Source of the DNA: Tubulanus polymorphus | Lineage: Eukaryota > Animalia > Nemertea | Assembly: GCF_964204645.1 (NCBI RefSeq) | Contig: NC_134026.1 | Coordinates: 14,542,150-14,606,149 of the forward strand | DNA: 64,000 nucleotides | Direction: 5' to 3' | Part shown: in pieces, positions 11,400 through 23,671 of the stretch | Layout: every line of letters starts with the position of its first letter | Numbering within the stretch: position 1 is the stretch's first letter | Notes under the pieces: generated by a model | Database searches by the model: none | The model's input: only the letters and a program-made list of their open reading frames with translations | Told to the model about the DNA's origin: nothing | Translations under genes and position numbers: made by a program

Positions 11400-12647
11400 A
11401 TGAGTGGGAGTTATATCAATCCTTCTAAGAATCATAGAATATCTAATGCTATTAAAGCAGAAAGATCACATCATATAATTACTCATAACCCTTCTAATAT
11501 TAATCCTGATGAAACTTTATATGTTAGAATCCCTCGATTAACACAAAATACTTTTTATGTTCCAAATAGTATTTATTTATCAGCCGATATAAAAGTAATC
11601 GGTAATAATAATAATTATGTTGTTGATAATGTTGGAAGATATTTGATTAAAAAATTATCAATAAAGATTGGTCCAGAAACAGTTTTCTCATTAGATGATT
11701 ATAATTTATTTATGCATTATAAAGATTTATGGTTAACTAAAGAAAATAGAAATAATATGATATTTCAAGGAATCCAATCAGAAAACCAAAATAAATTAAG
11801 ATCAGAAGCACATAATGCAATATTAACTAATGCTATAGATAAATTGATAAAAAGTATATACGGAAGCAAATATAAAATTCCATTAGAGTTTGAATTGATA
11901 AATAATAATGCGCCTTTATATAAATACGCAATTCAAGAAGACGTTATATTCGAAATAACATTTGCTCCTGTAAATGAAATTGTAAGATCTAGCGTTAATA
12001 AAGATATGAGTTATAAATTATCGAATATATGTTTAGAATATGATACAGAAACTGATGAAAATATTTCAAGTATAATTCAAACTCAATACAATCAAGGATT
12101 TTTATTATCATATGATTATATTGATAAATTTAAAACTGTAACTATTAATACAAATGATGAAATAATTAATGAGAATATTAACTTCCCAAGAAGATCTATT
12201 AAAGGTATATTAATATTTTTTACCATTGCAACATATACTAATGGCGCAATAAATATTGATAATTATTATAATCCTGAAATAACAAAAGTAGAAATAACTA
12301 TCGAAGAAATAGCAAATAAAATATTTTGTCAAGGAATGAGAATGATAGATCAATGGGTAGAAATAAAAAAACATTTTATGAATGAAAAAGTAAAATCATT
12401 TGAAAATTGTAACATTAATCAAATTGATTATTATACCGGTAATAAATATGCATTATGGTTAGATTTTAGAACAACAGAGGATAATTCATTACATGGTTCT
12501 GGAAAAAAACTACAGAACACTAAAGATGGAATACAATTATTCATGACAAAGAATAAAGGAATCAAAAATTTTAAAATGCATATTTATATTATATCTGACG
12601 CGCAATTAAATATTGTAAATTCACAATTAGATAGTGTTATGTATTAA
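11400..12647 (+). CDS. Major capsid protein (double jelly-roll), intact ORF
   Basis: 415 aa, beta-rich (NPSNINPDETLYVRIP, YKIPL, LSNICLEYD, NINFPRRSIKGILIFF, YALWLDFR, LHGSG); size and position fit a Polinton MCP. Confidence 0.82.
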   Translation: MSGSYINPSKNHRISNAIKAERSHHIITHNPSNINPDETLYVRIPRLTQNTFYVPNSIYLSADIKVIGNNNNYVVDNVGRYLIKKLSIKIGPETVFSLDDYNLFMHYKDLWLTKENRNNMIFQGIQSENQNKLRSEAHNAILTNAIDKLIKSIYGSKYKIPLEFELINNNAPLYKYAIQEDVIFEITFAPVNEIVRSSVNKDMSYKLSNICLEYDTETDENISSIIQTQYNQGFLLSYDYIDKFKTVTINTNDEIINENINFPRRSIKGILIFFTIATYTNGAINIDNYYNPEITKVEITIEEIANKIFCQGMRMIDQWVEIKKHFMNEKVKSFENCNINQIDYYTGNKYALWLDFRTTEDNSLHGSGKKLQNTKDGIQLFMTKNKGIKNFKMHIYIISDAQLNIVNSQLDSVMY

Positions 12648-12679
12648 AATTTTAACTTTAATAAAAATATATATAATAA

Positions 12680-12940
12680 ATGGAAGGTAAAGTATATGAA
12701 AGAATCAAAGCTGATAAAGAAATCAATGATGATTTGTATTATGTAATACCTTATAAAAGAATAAATGAATATATTGGAACATTTTTATTAAATGAATTAA
12801 ATCAATACAAAGAATATTTAATTGAACGTAATAATAATATTGATATAAAAATAGAAGATAATATTGAAACAAAAATAGCATATTGCATCAGTGAAATAGG
12901 CATTATTTTGATAAGATTCTCAGCATATGCATTATTGTAG
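12680..12940 (+). CDS. Truncated Polinton ORF downstream of MCP
   Basis: TAAATG start; MEGKVY...DDLYYVIP resembles the copy-B ORF MEGGKVY...DGLYHIIP (start 32683, -); the tail runs into non-Polinton DNA. Confidence 0.5.
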   Translation: MEGKVYERIKADKEINDDLYYVIPYKRINEYIGTFLLNELNQYKEYLIERNNNIDIKIEDNIETKIAYCISEIGIILIRFSAYALL

Positions 12941-13419
12941 ATATCAAGCAGATGTATGCAAGGATTAATAATAATAATAATATTTTATTTCCACAAGAAA
13001 TTGTAACAAATTTTATATTTATAAAGGATGTTCCAATATCAGTGGTAGGTGCTCATTTAAAGCGAGGTTGCTTGTCGGGTATGAGACACCTATCCCTCAC
13101 ACGCATTCAAAACACATATACTCATCAAGCATGCATGCATTCACACATTCAAATTTACAAAACTACAAATGGCGGGAAGGGGGGAAAATATTCCCCTAAG
13201 ATATGAGTTAAATAAACAGAATACATCAAATAGCATTATGTAGGGTCGTTCATTTGGTTTGGACGCATGGAGGGGAAGCGATCACCCCAAGACACAGGAA
13301 AAAATGGCTGACCTTGTGCAAAGGGGGAGGGACCAAAATCCAGGAACCAATGCGTACATACTGAATGAAGGTCCCTTAAAGAATTACTAAAGAAAGCCGG
13401 ACTATGAGGTCAATATTTA

Positions 13420-15030
13420 TATAACGAAACAAGTTTAAAGTTTGAACGTAGAGATTTCAATGTAGGCGAATCTCTTAGTGATTTTGGGGCATTTTGCCAT
13501 CGATTCGGAACGAGGCGCAGAAAACATTTGTTGTAGATACTTTTGGTATGCTGCTCAAAACATTTTCAAACAATTTCGTTGCCGAGTATTATGCTGTTGA
13601 TTATTTGAATTATGAAGGAAAAAAAGTCGAAATCTGCTAGGTAGCGTGTTACTAATAAACATGTGACCAATCTTTAATATTTCTTATTCTAGGATATCTT
13701 CTAGTTTTAGGATTCCTAGATTTTTAAATAGAGGACCAGTGGGGCTGTTATATTTAGCGTTTGAAATTACTCGAATGGCTTTTTTCTGCAATTTGAATAA
13801 TCGTTGTAGGTTTGCTTTTGATATAAGCGGCCCCCACGAACATAAAGCGTAAAAAATATGACTATGGAAATAACTATAGTACAGAGATTTCAAGCAAAAT
13901 TGTGGTACTACTCGTTTAGTGCAGTTAAGCTAATATAAATTTCTAGATAGCTTACTACATAATCTATTTACATGAAGGTCAAAGTTTAAGTTATCGTCTA
14001 GACGATGATCCTTGACATTAATACAATATTGTAAAGTTGTGTTAACACTGATATCCCTAGGTTTGAATAACATCACCTTGGTTTTTGATAAATTGAGCGT
14101 TAATTTGTTGGCGTTAAACCAGTCATACATAGTACTTAAATCATTGCTCATGTTTGAAATAAGGGAGTCAATTGACCCACCCGTGATGAACAATGTGGAA
14201 TCATCAGCGAATAGGATTGATGAACACTTTTTGAGGCACATATACATATCATTTATGAAAATTAAAAATAGCACGGGACCTAGGACTGGCCCCTGGGGGA
14301 CTCCATGATCGACCTGTTTGTGATGGGAGGATACACCTTGGAAATGTACATATAAAGAACGTTCTTTCAAGAAACTACTAAACCATGAGAGTGGGACTCC
14401 TCTAATGCCAATGTTATATAACAAAATGTCCAGGCTATCAAAAGCTTTACTGAGATCCTAATAGGCGGTTAGAGTATAATTATTTTTTTCTATTCCTTTG
14501 ATTATATTTCCTGTGAGTTCTAATATGGCCTGTGTGGTTGAATATTGAGGTCTAAAGCCGTATTGGCTTTCATATAAAACTGAGTGTTTGTCTAAGTAAG
14601 CGTATAATCGCTTGTGCATTAGCTTTTCAATAACCTTAGAAATAGACGGTAGCAATGATATGGGTCGATAATTAGTGAATAGACTTTTATCATCCTTTTT
14701 ATAAATTGGTATGACTTCGGACAATTTGAGTTTGCCAGGGAATACCCCTTCAATGAAAGACTTGTTTATGACATATACTAAAGGCTCAATAATGGTTGGA
14801 CCGATGGCTTTGAGTATAATGCTGCTTACATTGTCGTATCCGGCAGACGCTTTGGATTCAAGGGAATTCAGACACTTAAGAACCTCGTTTGTGGTAGTTG
14901 GAAATATGAAAAAGTTACTGTTTAATAATCTAGGCATATAAAAATCATAGGAGTGAACAGGGCGAGCAATTTAGCTAGAAAGTTTCTTTCCGACTCCACT
15001 AAAAAATTTACAAAATCCATTGCTTATAGT
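13420..15030 (-). mobile_element. 5'-truncated, decayed non-LTR retrotransposon (CR1/L2 group) reverse transcriptase
   Basis: NYRPISLL, QYGFR, GVPQG.VLGP.LF, LFADD, LNLSKTK and LYYSYFHSH in frameshifted ORFs 14458-14937, 13930-14424 and 13684-13893. Confidence 0.9.
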
Positions 15031-15521
15031 AATACAATGCTATAAGCTTATAATGCTATAAGTAGGTATATTTGTACTATATAATGTTATTGTTATATGT
15101 GTGTGCTTTGAATGGCGATGAACTATTAGGTATCATACAATTCTATCCATGTGTATCAGGTAAACAAATATATGTGCAATTTACTTACCCTGTTCAAATG
15201 AATGTTCCTGCCGCTTAATGAAATATTGCAGTTACACTGAAATTATATCATGTAGACATATTTAACCCTTCGATTAAAGCTAATATATGGCCTATACGAC
15301 ATGACCTAAAAAATAGGGAATGTATTGTTCTAGATCAAAGGTCGAAAGGTCGAGTGAGTAAAAAATTAAAAATTAAAAATTCTCGCACACTCGAATTTAT
15401 TTTTCATTTTTACTCTCTCAAGCTCTCAACATTTAATCTAGAACAACACATTCCCTATTACTCTTAAAATATTAATCTAATAACCTCTAAAATCAATTTT
15501 AATAAAAAATTTGATATTAAA

Positions 15522-15878
15522 ATGGAGAGTAGTAAACAAGTACACAGTGAGAACAACAAATCATTTCTAGATGGAATAAAAGATATCACAAATGCTAAAT
15601 CTGTAGATTATAAATTTAAGAAGTTAACAGAATTAACAATTCATAAGAAATATTTAATTACTAATATTGATACAGTTACTAACAAATATGGGGATAAATA
15701 AGTTATCCACTTAGAATATGAAGGATTAAAGGGAAATACATATAAATTCAGAACATATTTACCAGATAGATTTCATAGATTATCTAGTGAAGATTTAGAA
15801 GAATTATGTTCAGGTGATTTCTATTTCATATAAAAGGGTAAGAATGAAAAAAAGCACCATGAAATAGATTTCGAATAA
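15522..15878 (+). pseudogene. Copy of the 113-aa OB-like gene with internal stops
   Basis: Aligns with 3128-3469; in-frame TAA codons present. Confidence 0.8.
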
Positions 15879-15927
15879 AATATGTAAAATCAATTTTAAT
15901 AAAAAATTATGAAAAAAAAATATAAAA

Positions 15928-18696
15928 ATGGAAGCAAATAAGTACTACTGTTCAACATGTAAAATTCATATAGATAAATCTGAAAAAGCAAGACATAATA
16001 AAACTAAAACACATTTAGAGAATAAATTGAAATTAGAATATAAAGATGATATATTAGAAACTATATTAGATGAATTGAAGAATGAAAAAGAAACATACAA
16101 ATGTGACACATGTAATCAATCATTCAGCGACAAAAGATATTATAAAGAACATTTAAAATCTAAAAGTCATATTAGAAATATGAATAATGATATTTTAGGT
16201 GAAGATAATTTTGATAAAGATAATGATAAGAAACAGAAGACAATTAAAAGAATAAAAAATAAAATAAACAATAAAAGACGATACATGGAAGATGTAAGAA
16301 ATTATATTTATTCATTAGATAATAAAAAAGAAATAGAAATAACCGAAGCATTCAAAAGTGATATTGGACCAGCTGCTATTGAATTTAAATTTCATAAAGG
16401 TAAAACATTAGAAGAAAAAAAAAACATTTAGAAAATATGAAAAATATTATGAGAATAATTACTGATGTTGAATACCCTAGAATTAGTATATCTTCTTAAA
16501 GTTACATTCATAAAATCTGGAGATAAACCAATATATAATATAAATTCTCATTCACAAGATATTATATCTAAACAACATATAGCTGATAGATTAAATAAAT
16601 GTTATAATGAAATAAAAAGTAAAATAGAAGAGAAATATTTTGAAGGATCAGGTTTAATATTTGATGAAATAATATTTATGACTTTACATGTTTATAATGC
16701 AAAATATAATAAGTAAACTAAATCAAAACCAATTGATGAAAATAATTTATCATATTAAAAAGATGATAATATTAATGGATCAAGTTATATCAAATTACCA
16801 TTTAAAACTAATGCTGTTATAAATGTACAAAATTATGATGATAAATGTTTTCTATGGTCAATTATAAGTTGCTTACATCCTGCAACTGATAATATTTGTA
16901 GAGTATCAAATTATAAACCATTTGAAATTAATTATAAGATAGATAATTATCCTGTTAGAATTAAAAATATCCCAAAAGTAGAAAGAGATAATAATATAAA
17001 GATAAATGTATTTGATTTAGTCAAATTACCAAGAACAAAAGGGAATAATATAACCTCTATACTTAGCAAAGGATTATGATTCAAATGATGTCAGAGATAT
17101 ATTATATTATGAGAATCATTATATGTGGATAAAACGTATAACTAAATTCAGTAATGAAAGGGCATTATTAAATCATAAACAATTATGTGAAATCATGATT
17201 ATTGTAAAATAGTTTTACCAAATGAAAAGGATGAAATATTAGAATTCAATAAATATAATCACAAGAATAAAGTACCATGTGTAATATATGGAGATTTTGA
17301 ATCATTAAATAAAGAATTAACTGATCAAGATAGAAAAGAAATATATTAAAAAGAAAGAAATTAAATTCTAATGAGAATGAAAAGTAATTGATTATTCAGA
17401 TCCTCTAATAACAAATACTATTAAAAAGATTCATCAATCAGCTGCAGCTTTTGGATTATATATTAAATCTGATTATCCAGAACTAATTGAAAGTGAATAT
17501 TATCATTATAGAAATGAAAATGTTATCAATCATTTTTGGAACTTATTAATTGAGGATGAAATAAAATTTAATAAAAAGTTAAATGAAAATAAAGAAATAA
17601 TTATGACAGAAGAAGATAAAGAAGAATTTGAGTTTGCTGATAAATGTTATTATTGTGAAAAGATATTTAATTATAAAAACGTTAGAGACCATGATCATTT
17701 GAATGGAAAGGTTAGAGACGCAGCGCATGAGTATTGTAACTTACTTACAAGCTAAGAAAATTAACTTTGTACCAGTAATATTTCATAATTGATCAGGGTA
17801 TGATGCACATTTATTCATCAAACAGCTATGTCATAAAATAGGAGAAATCAATAATGAAATAGAAAGATTAAAATCAAATACATCAAAAGATAAAATATCA
17901 ACTTATAAATTTAAGATGTTAGCTAAAACATCTGAGAATTATATATCTTTCCAATTTGGGTATCTAAGATTTATAGATTCATATAGATTTTTAAGTAGTT
18001 CATTAGATAATCTATCAAAATCATTAGTTGATGATGAATTAAAAATCTAAAAAATTAAAACAACACTATCCAAATAATGAGGATTTTCAATTAATGAGAT
18101 ATAAAGGAGCAATTCCATATTCATTTTATAAATCACATAATGATTTCAATATAACTGAATTATTAAAAGAACAATTTTATGATGAATTAAAAAATGAGTA
18201 TGTTATAGATGAAGTATATAATAGAACATTGAATATTTGGAATCATTTTGGAATGAAAAATCATGGACAATTAGTAGATTTATATTTAAAATCAGATGTA
18301 TTATTATTAACTGATATATTTGAAAGGTTTAGAGATGTAAACCTAAAATATTTTAATATTGATCCATGTCATTGTGTTTCTAGTCCAGGTTTAACTTGGG
18401 ACTGTGGTTTAAAATTTACAGATATAAAAATGGATTTGTTAACAAATATAGATCAATTATTATTATTTGAAAAATCTATAAGAGGAGGAGTTTCAGGTGT
18501 ATTAGGTGATAGATATTTCAATGTAAATGGTAATCCCGGATACAAATTATTATATATGGGTGCAAATAATCTATATGGTTGGGCAATGATGGAACCTCAG
18601 CCTTATGGAGTATTTGAAATAACTGAAGTTTTACAACATGAAAATAATGATAGATTTGATTGGAAGAAAATAATTCTAGATATTGCAGATGATTCA
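15928..18696 (+). pseudogene. pPolB pseudogene: N-terminal zinc fingers, vOTU-like region, exonuclease and partial palm
   Basis: Two CxxC...H zinc fingers, EGSG, GSSYIKLP, INVQNYDDKCFLWSIISCLHP, ENHY; many stops and frameshifts; motif A reads YMGANNLYG. Confidence 0.88.
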
Positions 18697-19731
18697 GAGA
18701 CTAAAAAACTGTATGGCGCGCGTAGTAGAAAAAAAGATATGATAAAAACGCAGGGTTTCCTTGATCGTTACAAAATGTCCGTTACTCTTTATTGGGAAAG
18801 ATTGTAGCGTGTATCCGTACCAAGAAGAAAACATCAGGCGTGAAGCCCAAATGAGGAAGTTTAGAGGATTTCTGGTGCCATTTTTGTGCATTCCTATGTT
18901 ATCATGTGGTATTTGCCGTAATTAAAACTACCAGTTAGGAGTAGCGCCTGCCACATTCATTCATTCATTGAAGCATCGCACACAAAAAACACAGTGTCAT
19001 TGTGTGGACTATACCCCTATGGAAAATAGGGTAGGTAGGATGTCTGGGCAATTACACTACTTTGTAGGGAAGGTAGATGCACGCTTTTTATTATTGAAGA
19101 GATCGTTACATTGAAATAAACTAAAAAGAACACTAAAATGTCTTTAGAGAACAAATAATCAATTTATTTTCACAATTCCAACAAGGATTTTTCAGGATTT
19201 GGTGAAAATAGGACCACTTTTGCCAGGGGGAAAATATTTATTAACGGTTAAAAAAAGAGCTCACATAACCCGTGGAAACGTGAAAGTTTGAAAATTCCGT
19301 AGACGGCGGCTTTATAGCGGCAGTTCTCCGGGTCTATTCGTGACATTGGAGAGTAGAATTAATAACAAGATTTCCGGTGCCAACTGGTTGTAAATAGTGT
19401 CATTAATTTTACTTGAGTCGGTACTACCGCTACGCAAAATCAGCTGTAGTAGTTCGCAATGCGTTCCCTCACTCGCGTCGACCGGGCGTCGTGGGCGTAT
19501 TTCCACATACCAGACCATGGGCGTGTCATATCAAAAACATTCCATGCAGTTATCAAAAATGTTCGATGATAGACGTTGTTGACATAGTATAGTGAATGTA
19601 CATGTACGTGTATTAGGTATTTTATTTTATGCGTTTTCAAGGGAACACTATGTATTTACCAAGAATGAGCTTATCTATTCACGATACAAATTGAAATAAT
19701 ATAATATCTAAATCATCATTGTATATTACAG

Positions 19732-19907
19732 GTGCTGAAGTTGGAATAAGTACATCGCGTATTCATGCCAGAGGTCCTGTCGGTGTTGATGGTCTGTTGA
19801 CTACTAAATGGCAACTGGTAGGAACTGGACAGACTGTTGCTGATTTCAATGATGGAAAAATTTCATACCTTCACCATCGACTTCCTAATGTTGATGATAG
19901 CTCTTAA
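19732..19907 (+). CDS. ALDH18A1: Last coding exon of delta-1-pyrroline-5-carboxylate synthase (gamma-glutamyl phosphate reductase C-terminus)
   Basis: Acceptor tattacag|GT, then (G)[26 protein letters not shown]...YLH, the conserved animal P5CS C-terminus; TAA stop and AATAAA ~60 bp downstream. Confidence 0.9.
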
Positions 19908-20587
19908 ATTCTATTGAGATGGTACCATACTACTTCCCTAAGAAACCGACGGTCACTCCGTTCCGCGTAATAAAAATAGCAATCTTATCCGTTAAAGCCT
20001 ATCGTTACAATTGATCAGTCACCATAATCGTCCTGGAGAAGAGAGAGCCCTTTCGGTTACTTAAGGAATATGATTTAGATATAACGGTTTCGTTTAGGTT
20101 TAATCATCTTGCGTTTGACATCGATGAAACCGTAGTTTATTTTAACGAAGCTAACAAAATATCGGCGTTTTCAAATATCCGGTATGGGTATTCCAAGTCA
20201 CAGCAAGGATCCATACAATACGAAAGTCTTACTCTGACTTAATTTTAGAAGCTATTTATATCTCACATAAACTAGACATGTTTAAGACATGCCTTACACA
20301 TTCTCAAAGAAAATGACGAGTACAACTACTCCGAAACAGATGGCAAATTGTTGTACAAACAGTGACCAAATACTATCAAGTCGATGCTCACTCAAGTAAA
20401 ACGTTCACTGTCTCCAGTTAGTGACAACAAAGAAGATATAACACAAAATACAAACAGATACCCATTAAACAAATAACAGCTTGAAATTAATAATCATATA
20501 TAATGCTAGATCATATCTGGGCCAACTACACTATACTCCCCCATTGACCGTCTCGACGTTTACGTGTACTCGCTGAAATGCCTCAAA

Positions 20588-20742
20588 CATAAAGTTGAAA
20601 ACCAGAGGTCCTCGATTATTTGATACCATTAAACGCTTTATTCACTATCACAAAACACCATTGATCACGCAACAATTACCCACACGACCTTGACCTAAGT
20701 TCTATTGTCAGTCACCACTAAAGCACGGAGCAGAACATTACA
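20588..20742 (-). repeat. 3' LTR of the Gypsy (Mag-like) element
   Basis: 155 bp, 7 differences from 55301-55455; begins TG on the minus strand after purine tract AGGGGTGGA. Confidence 0.88.
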
Positions 20743-20920
20743 TCCACCCCTAAGCAGATATTAAGTAAATGATTAATTACTATAATGCTTTAACGGTCTA
20801 AATGCAGATCCTTTTTTAAAATACAATTAAAACAATCAAACCAAACTTAAATTGTATAAGGGCAACAAATAAAACTACAGAATTAACACAGCATTAGATC
20901 TAATCAAATTATCATAACGT

Positions 20921-22321
20921 TTACAAAACACTACAAGGCAATTTAACTGGAGCTATTCTGATTCTGGTAGATCTTCGCAAAGCGGGTGCGGTTATCATAG
21001 TCCCTTTCTTACGCGATATTGTGAGTGGCACTATTTCATACGGAGTGTTGCCTTTCATCATATTGAACGGCCTTCTCACAAGTACATTGTCGCCGATTTC
21101 GAGGTTGCCTGGTTTGACATAATTCTTACATTCCGCATATTCTTTAATTTTTGCCTTTTGCGCCGTGTCATGCTTCATAATTAAATCCGCAATTGTGTCG
21201 TGTTCCGGAAGCCGAGGAAGCTTGTTCCTTACACCCCTTTTCAGAAAGAGGGTAGCAGGCGCAACACCGGTTGTGCAGTGAGGAGCAGTGCGATAGCTCT
21301 TGAGGAAAGCTTCAAGAGCCTTCTTCTAGTTCTCCCCGGCAGCCTTTGCCACCTTCACATGCTTCTTAAGAGTCTTTACGAAATTCTCAACCTCGCCGTT
21401 GGCTGGTGGCCACAATGGCATTACTTTACGGCGACGGAAGGATAACACGTGGGCAAAGTAAGCAAACTCACTGCCATTAAACGGCGGACCGTTATCCGAT
21501 TTCACTGTCCCCGGAGCACCGAACATCGCAAATATTTTATCAAGTTTCGGGATCACGGCAGGTGCGCTAGTACTACTGACCGGTTCCACGAACGGGTAAC
21601 GCGAATAATCATCTATCAAGATCATGACTGTTTCACCGTTGATACTGGCGAAGTCGACGCTGGTTTCCTCGAACGGCGCATTCGGTAAAATAGTCATTCG
21701 GATTGGTTCTCGAACAGTAACTGGCGTAGCGATTTGACACGGAAGACACGATTTGACTCTCTGCTCGACTAGTTTGTTCATAAGAGGGAACCAGACCTTC
21801 TCCCTAAGCAAGGCTTTGGTTTTCACGATTCCCATGTGCCCTTCGTGTGCAATTTCGATAGTCTTTGACTGTAAGGCCGCTGGAATGACGATTCGATTTG
21901 ATTTTAGGAGTAGAGAGTCATGACACGTAAGCTCCACTTTAACCTGTTCATAACGCGCGCGAGTTCTGACGCAGAGACTTCTGGTGGCAGGTCGTACCAC
22001 CGTCCAGTCCTTACTGCAGCGCAAACTGCTTGCAGCACTGGATCGTCAGCTGTGGTATCCTTCACTTCTTGCAGAGTCATAGCCCTGGGTATAGCATTGT
22101 ATGCGACATACGCGACATTCAGCACAGTTTTTATCTCCGCTTATCTCTGCATCGACAGGGTGCCTGGATGCATAATCAGCTGGATTTGTCTTTCCAGGCT
22201 GATATTCAACTACAAAGCGATATCATTGTAACTCCATCAGCCATCTTTCTATCCTGGCTGAAGGTTTTGAGGTCGGGTTGTTATAAAGCGACACGAGAGG
22301 TTGATGGTCGGTTACAATGGT
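20921..22321 (-). pseudogene. Gypsy pol: end of RNase H and integrase
   Basis: TIVTDHQPL; H-x-x-H...C-x-x-C (AHEGHMG...CLPCQ); IDDYSRYP; SDNGPPF; ANGEVE. Confidence 0.9.
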
Positions 22322-22670
22322 AGTAATAGGGAATAAGTTGTTTCATACCAAAGGTCGAAGGGTCGAGCTCACTCTCCCCTTCAACCTTTGACATGAAACA
22401 ACTTATTCCCTATAACTCTAATAGTATTCATATATATGAACATTACTTACATGAATTTCATATATTTGAAAATAAATTATGAATTATTTTTATATTAATC
22501 ATAAAATGTGAGTAAAGTGTGAAATAAGATAGAAATTAACGATTAATTAACGAGTTGATCAAAATTAGATTTTTTTCACATTAAAGTGTGAGTTAAGTGT
22601 GAGAAATAATTCATATTTTAACGTTGAATATTTATATTTGAATGAGTTTTAATAAATGTTTTGTTATAAA

Positions 22671-23300
22671 ATGAACACAGAAGAAGAAGAAACGATATTC
22701 AAAATCGAAATCAATGAAACCATAAATTATTTTCATTGTTTAACATTAAAAATTATATCTCAGCAACAAATTTAGAGTATGGAAGACAATATAAAATCGA
22801 TAGTATTACAATGATTAATCAAATATCATTAAAGGAAACTTATTTAATCACTGAACTTGTCGATACTTTAGATAATGGCGCCAAAAATCCTAAAATATTT
22901 AATACAGTTTTAAATTGTGAAGGTAATTTAGATGAAAACATAATAAATATACTTCAAACTCCTTTCAATGAAATAGATAGTGATTTGATACTTTCTAAAA
23001 GTTACAATGATTTGATTAACTTAAGAATTGAAAAAAGACAATTATATTAGTTCAATTTTGATAATAAACAAATTATCTATAGTGCAAATTCATCAAATAT
23101 TGGCATTCAATGTGAATCATTTAATGAAAATTCATCAAATATTGGAATTCAATGTAATTTTGATGATGAATTTAAAAATTTTAACCCTAATGAAAAAGTG
23201 TATTGTTATTGCGGAGGTAAATATTTAAAATCACATAAATCAAAACATTATCAAACAGTTAGACATATCGAATATGGAAAGAATAATAATTCTATATTGA
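22671..23300 (+). pseudogene. Decayed mini-element ORF ending in a CxCG...H-x5-H zinc finger
   Basis: ATG at 22671, ORF 22736-23050, then EKVYCYCGGKYLKSHKSKHYQTVRH. Confidence 0.5.
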
Positions 23301-23479
23301 AATAAGATTAAGCTGTATGTTTCAAGTATATAGTAGTTAAAGCATTGAGAAATTTGTTAATGAATAACTGTAAGGTAGTAAGTATAATTGCTATTTGATT
23401 TGAAACATATAAAAGTTAAATATCTTAAGCATATAAATCAAATTACTTATCAATCTTTTAATTTGTTTTCTTCAAATAA

Positions 23480-23671
23480 ATGGATCGTTTCATCACGACT
23501 GGGAAAAGTGATTTGAAACATTATTTAGTTGCAGGAGAATTAATTTTGGTCGCGCTTTTCTTTTACTATGAAAATATCAGTAAGGATCTAATAAATGAAA
23601 ATATAAAATTGAGCAAGAAATTAAAGAAGTTAAATGTAAATAATCATAAAAATAATCATAAAAAAAGTTAA
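23480..23671 (+). CDS. Small single-TM protein of the mini-element
   Basis: TAAATG start; hydrophobic LVAGELILVALFFYY. Confidence 0.4.
   Translation: MDRFITTGKSDLKHYLVAGELILVALFFYYENISKDLINENIKLSKKLKKLNVNNHKNNHKKS

Larger units (their letters stand above)
1..12890 (+). mobile_element. Polinton/Maverick (adintovirus-like) copy A; 5' part outside the window, 3' end cut by a LINE
   Basis: Tightly packed AT-rich gene array with pPolB, minor capsid, membrane proteins and MCP; same order as copy B at 32600-43300 (inverted). Right boundary approximate. Confidence 0.92.
15312..18696 (+). mobile_element. Polinton copy C fragment: terminal hairpin, OB-like gene and pPolB pseudogene
   Basis: Starts with (AGT)AATAGGG terminus; homology to copies A/B stops after LDIADDS. 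Confidence 0.88.
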
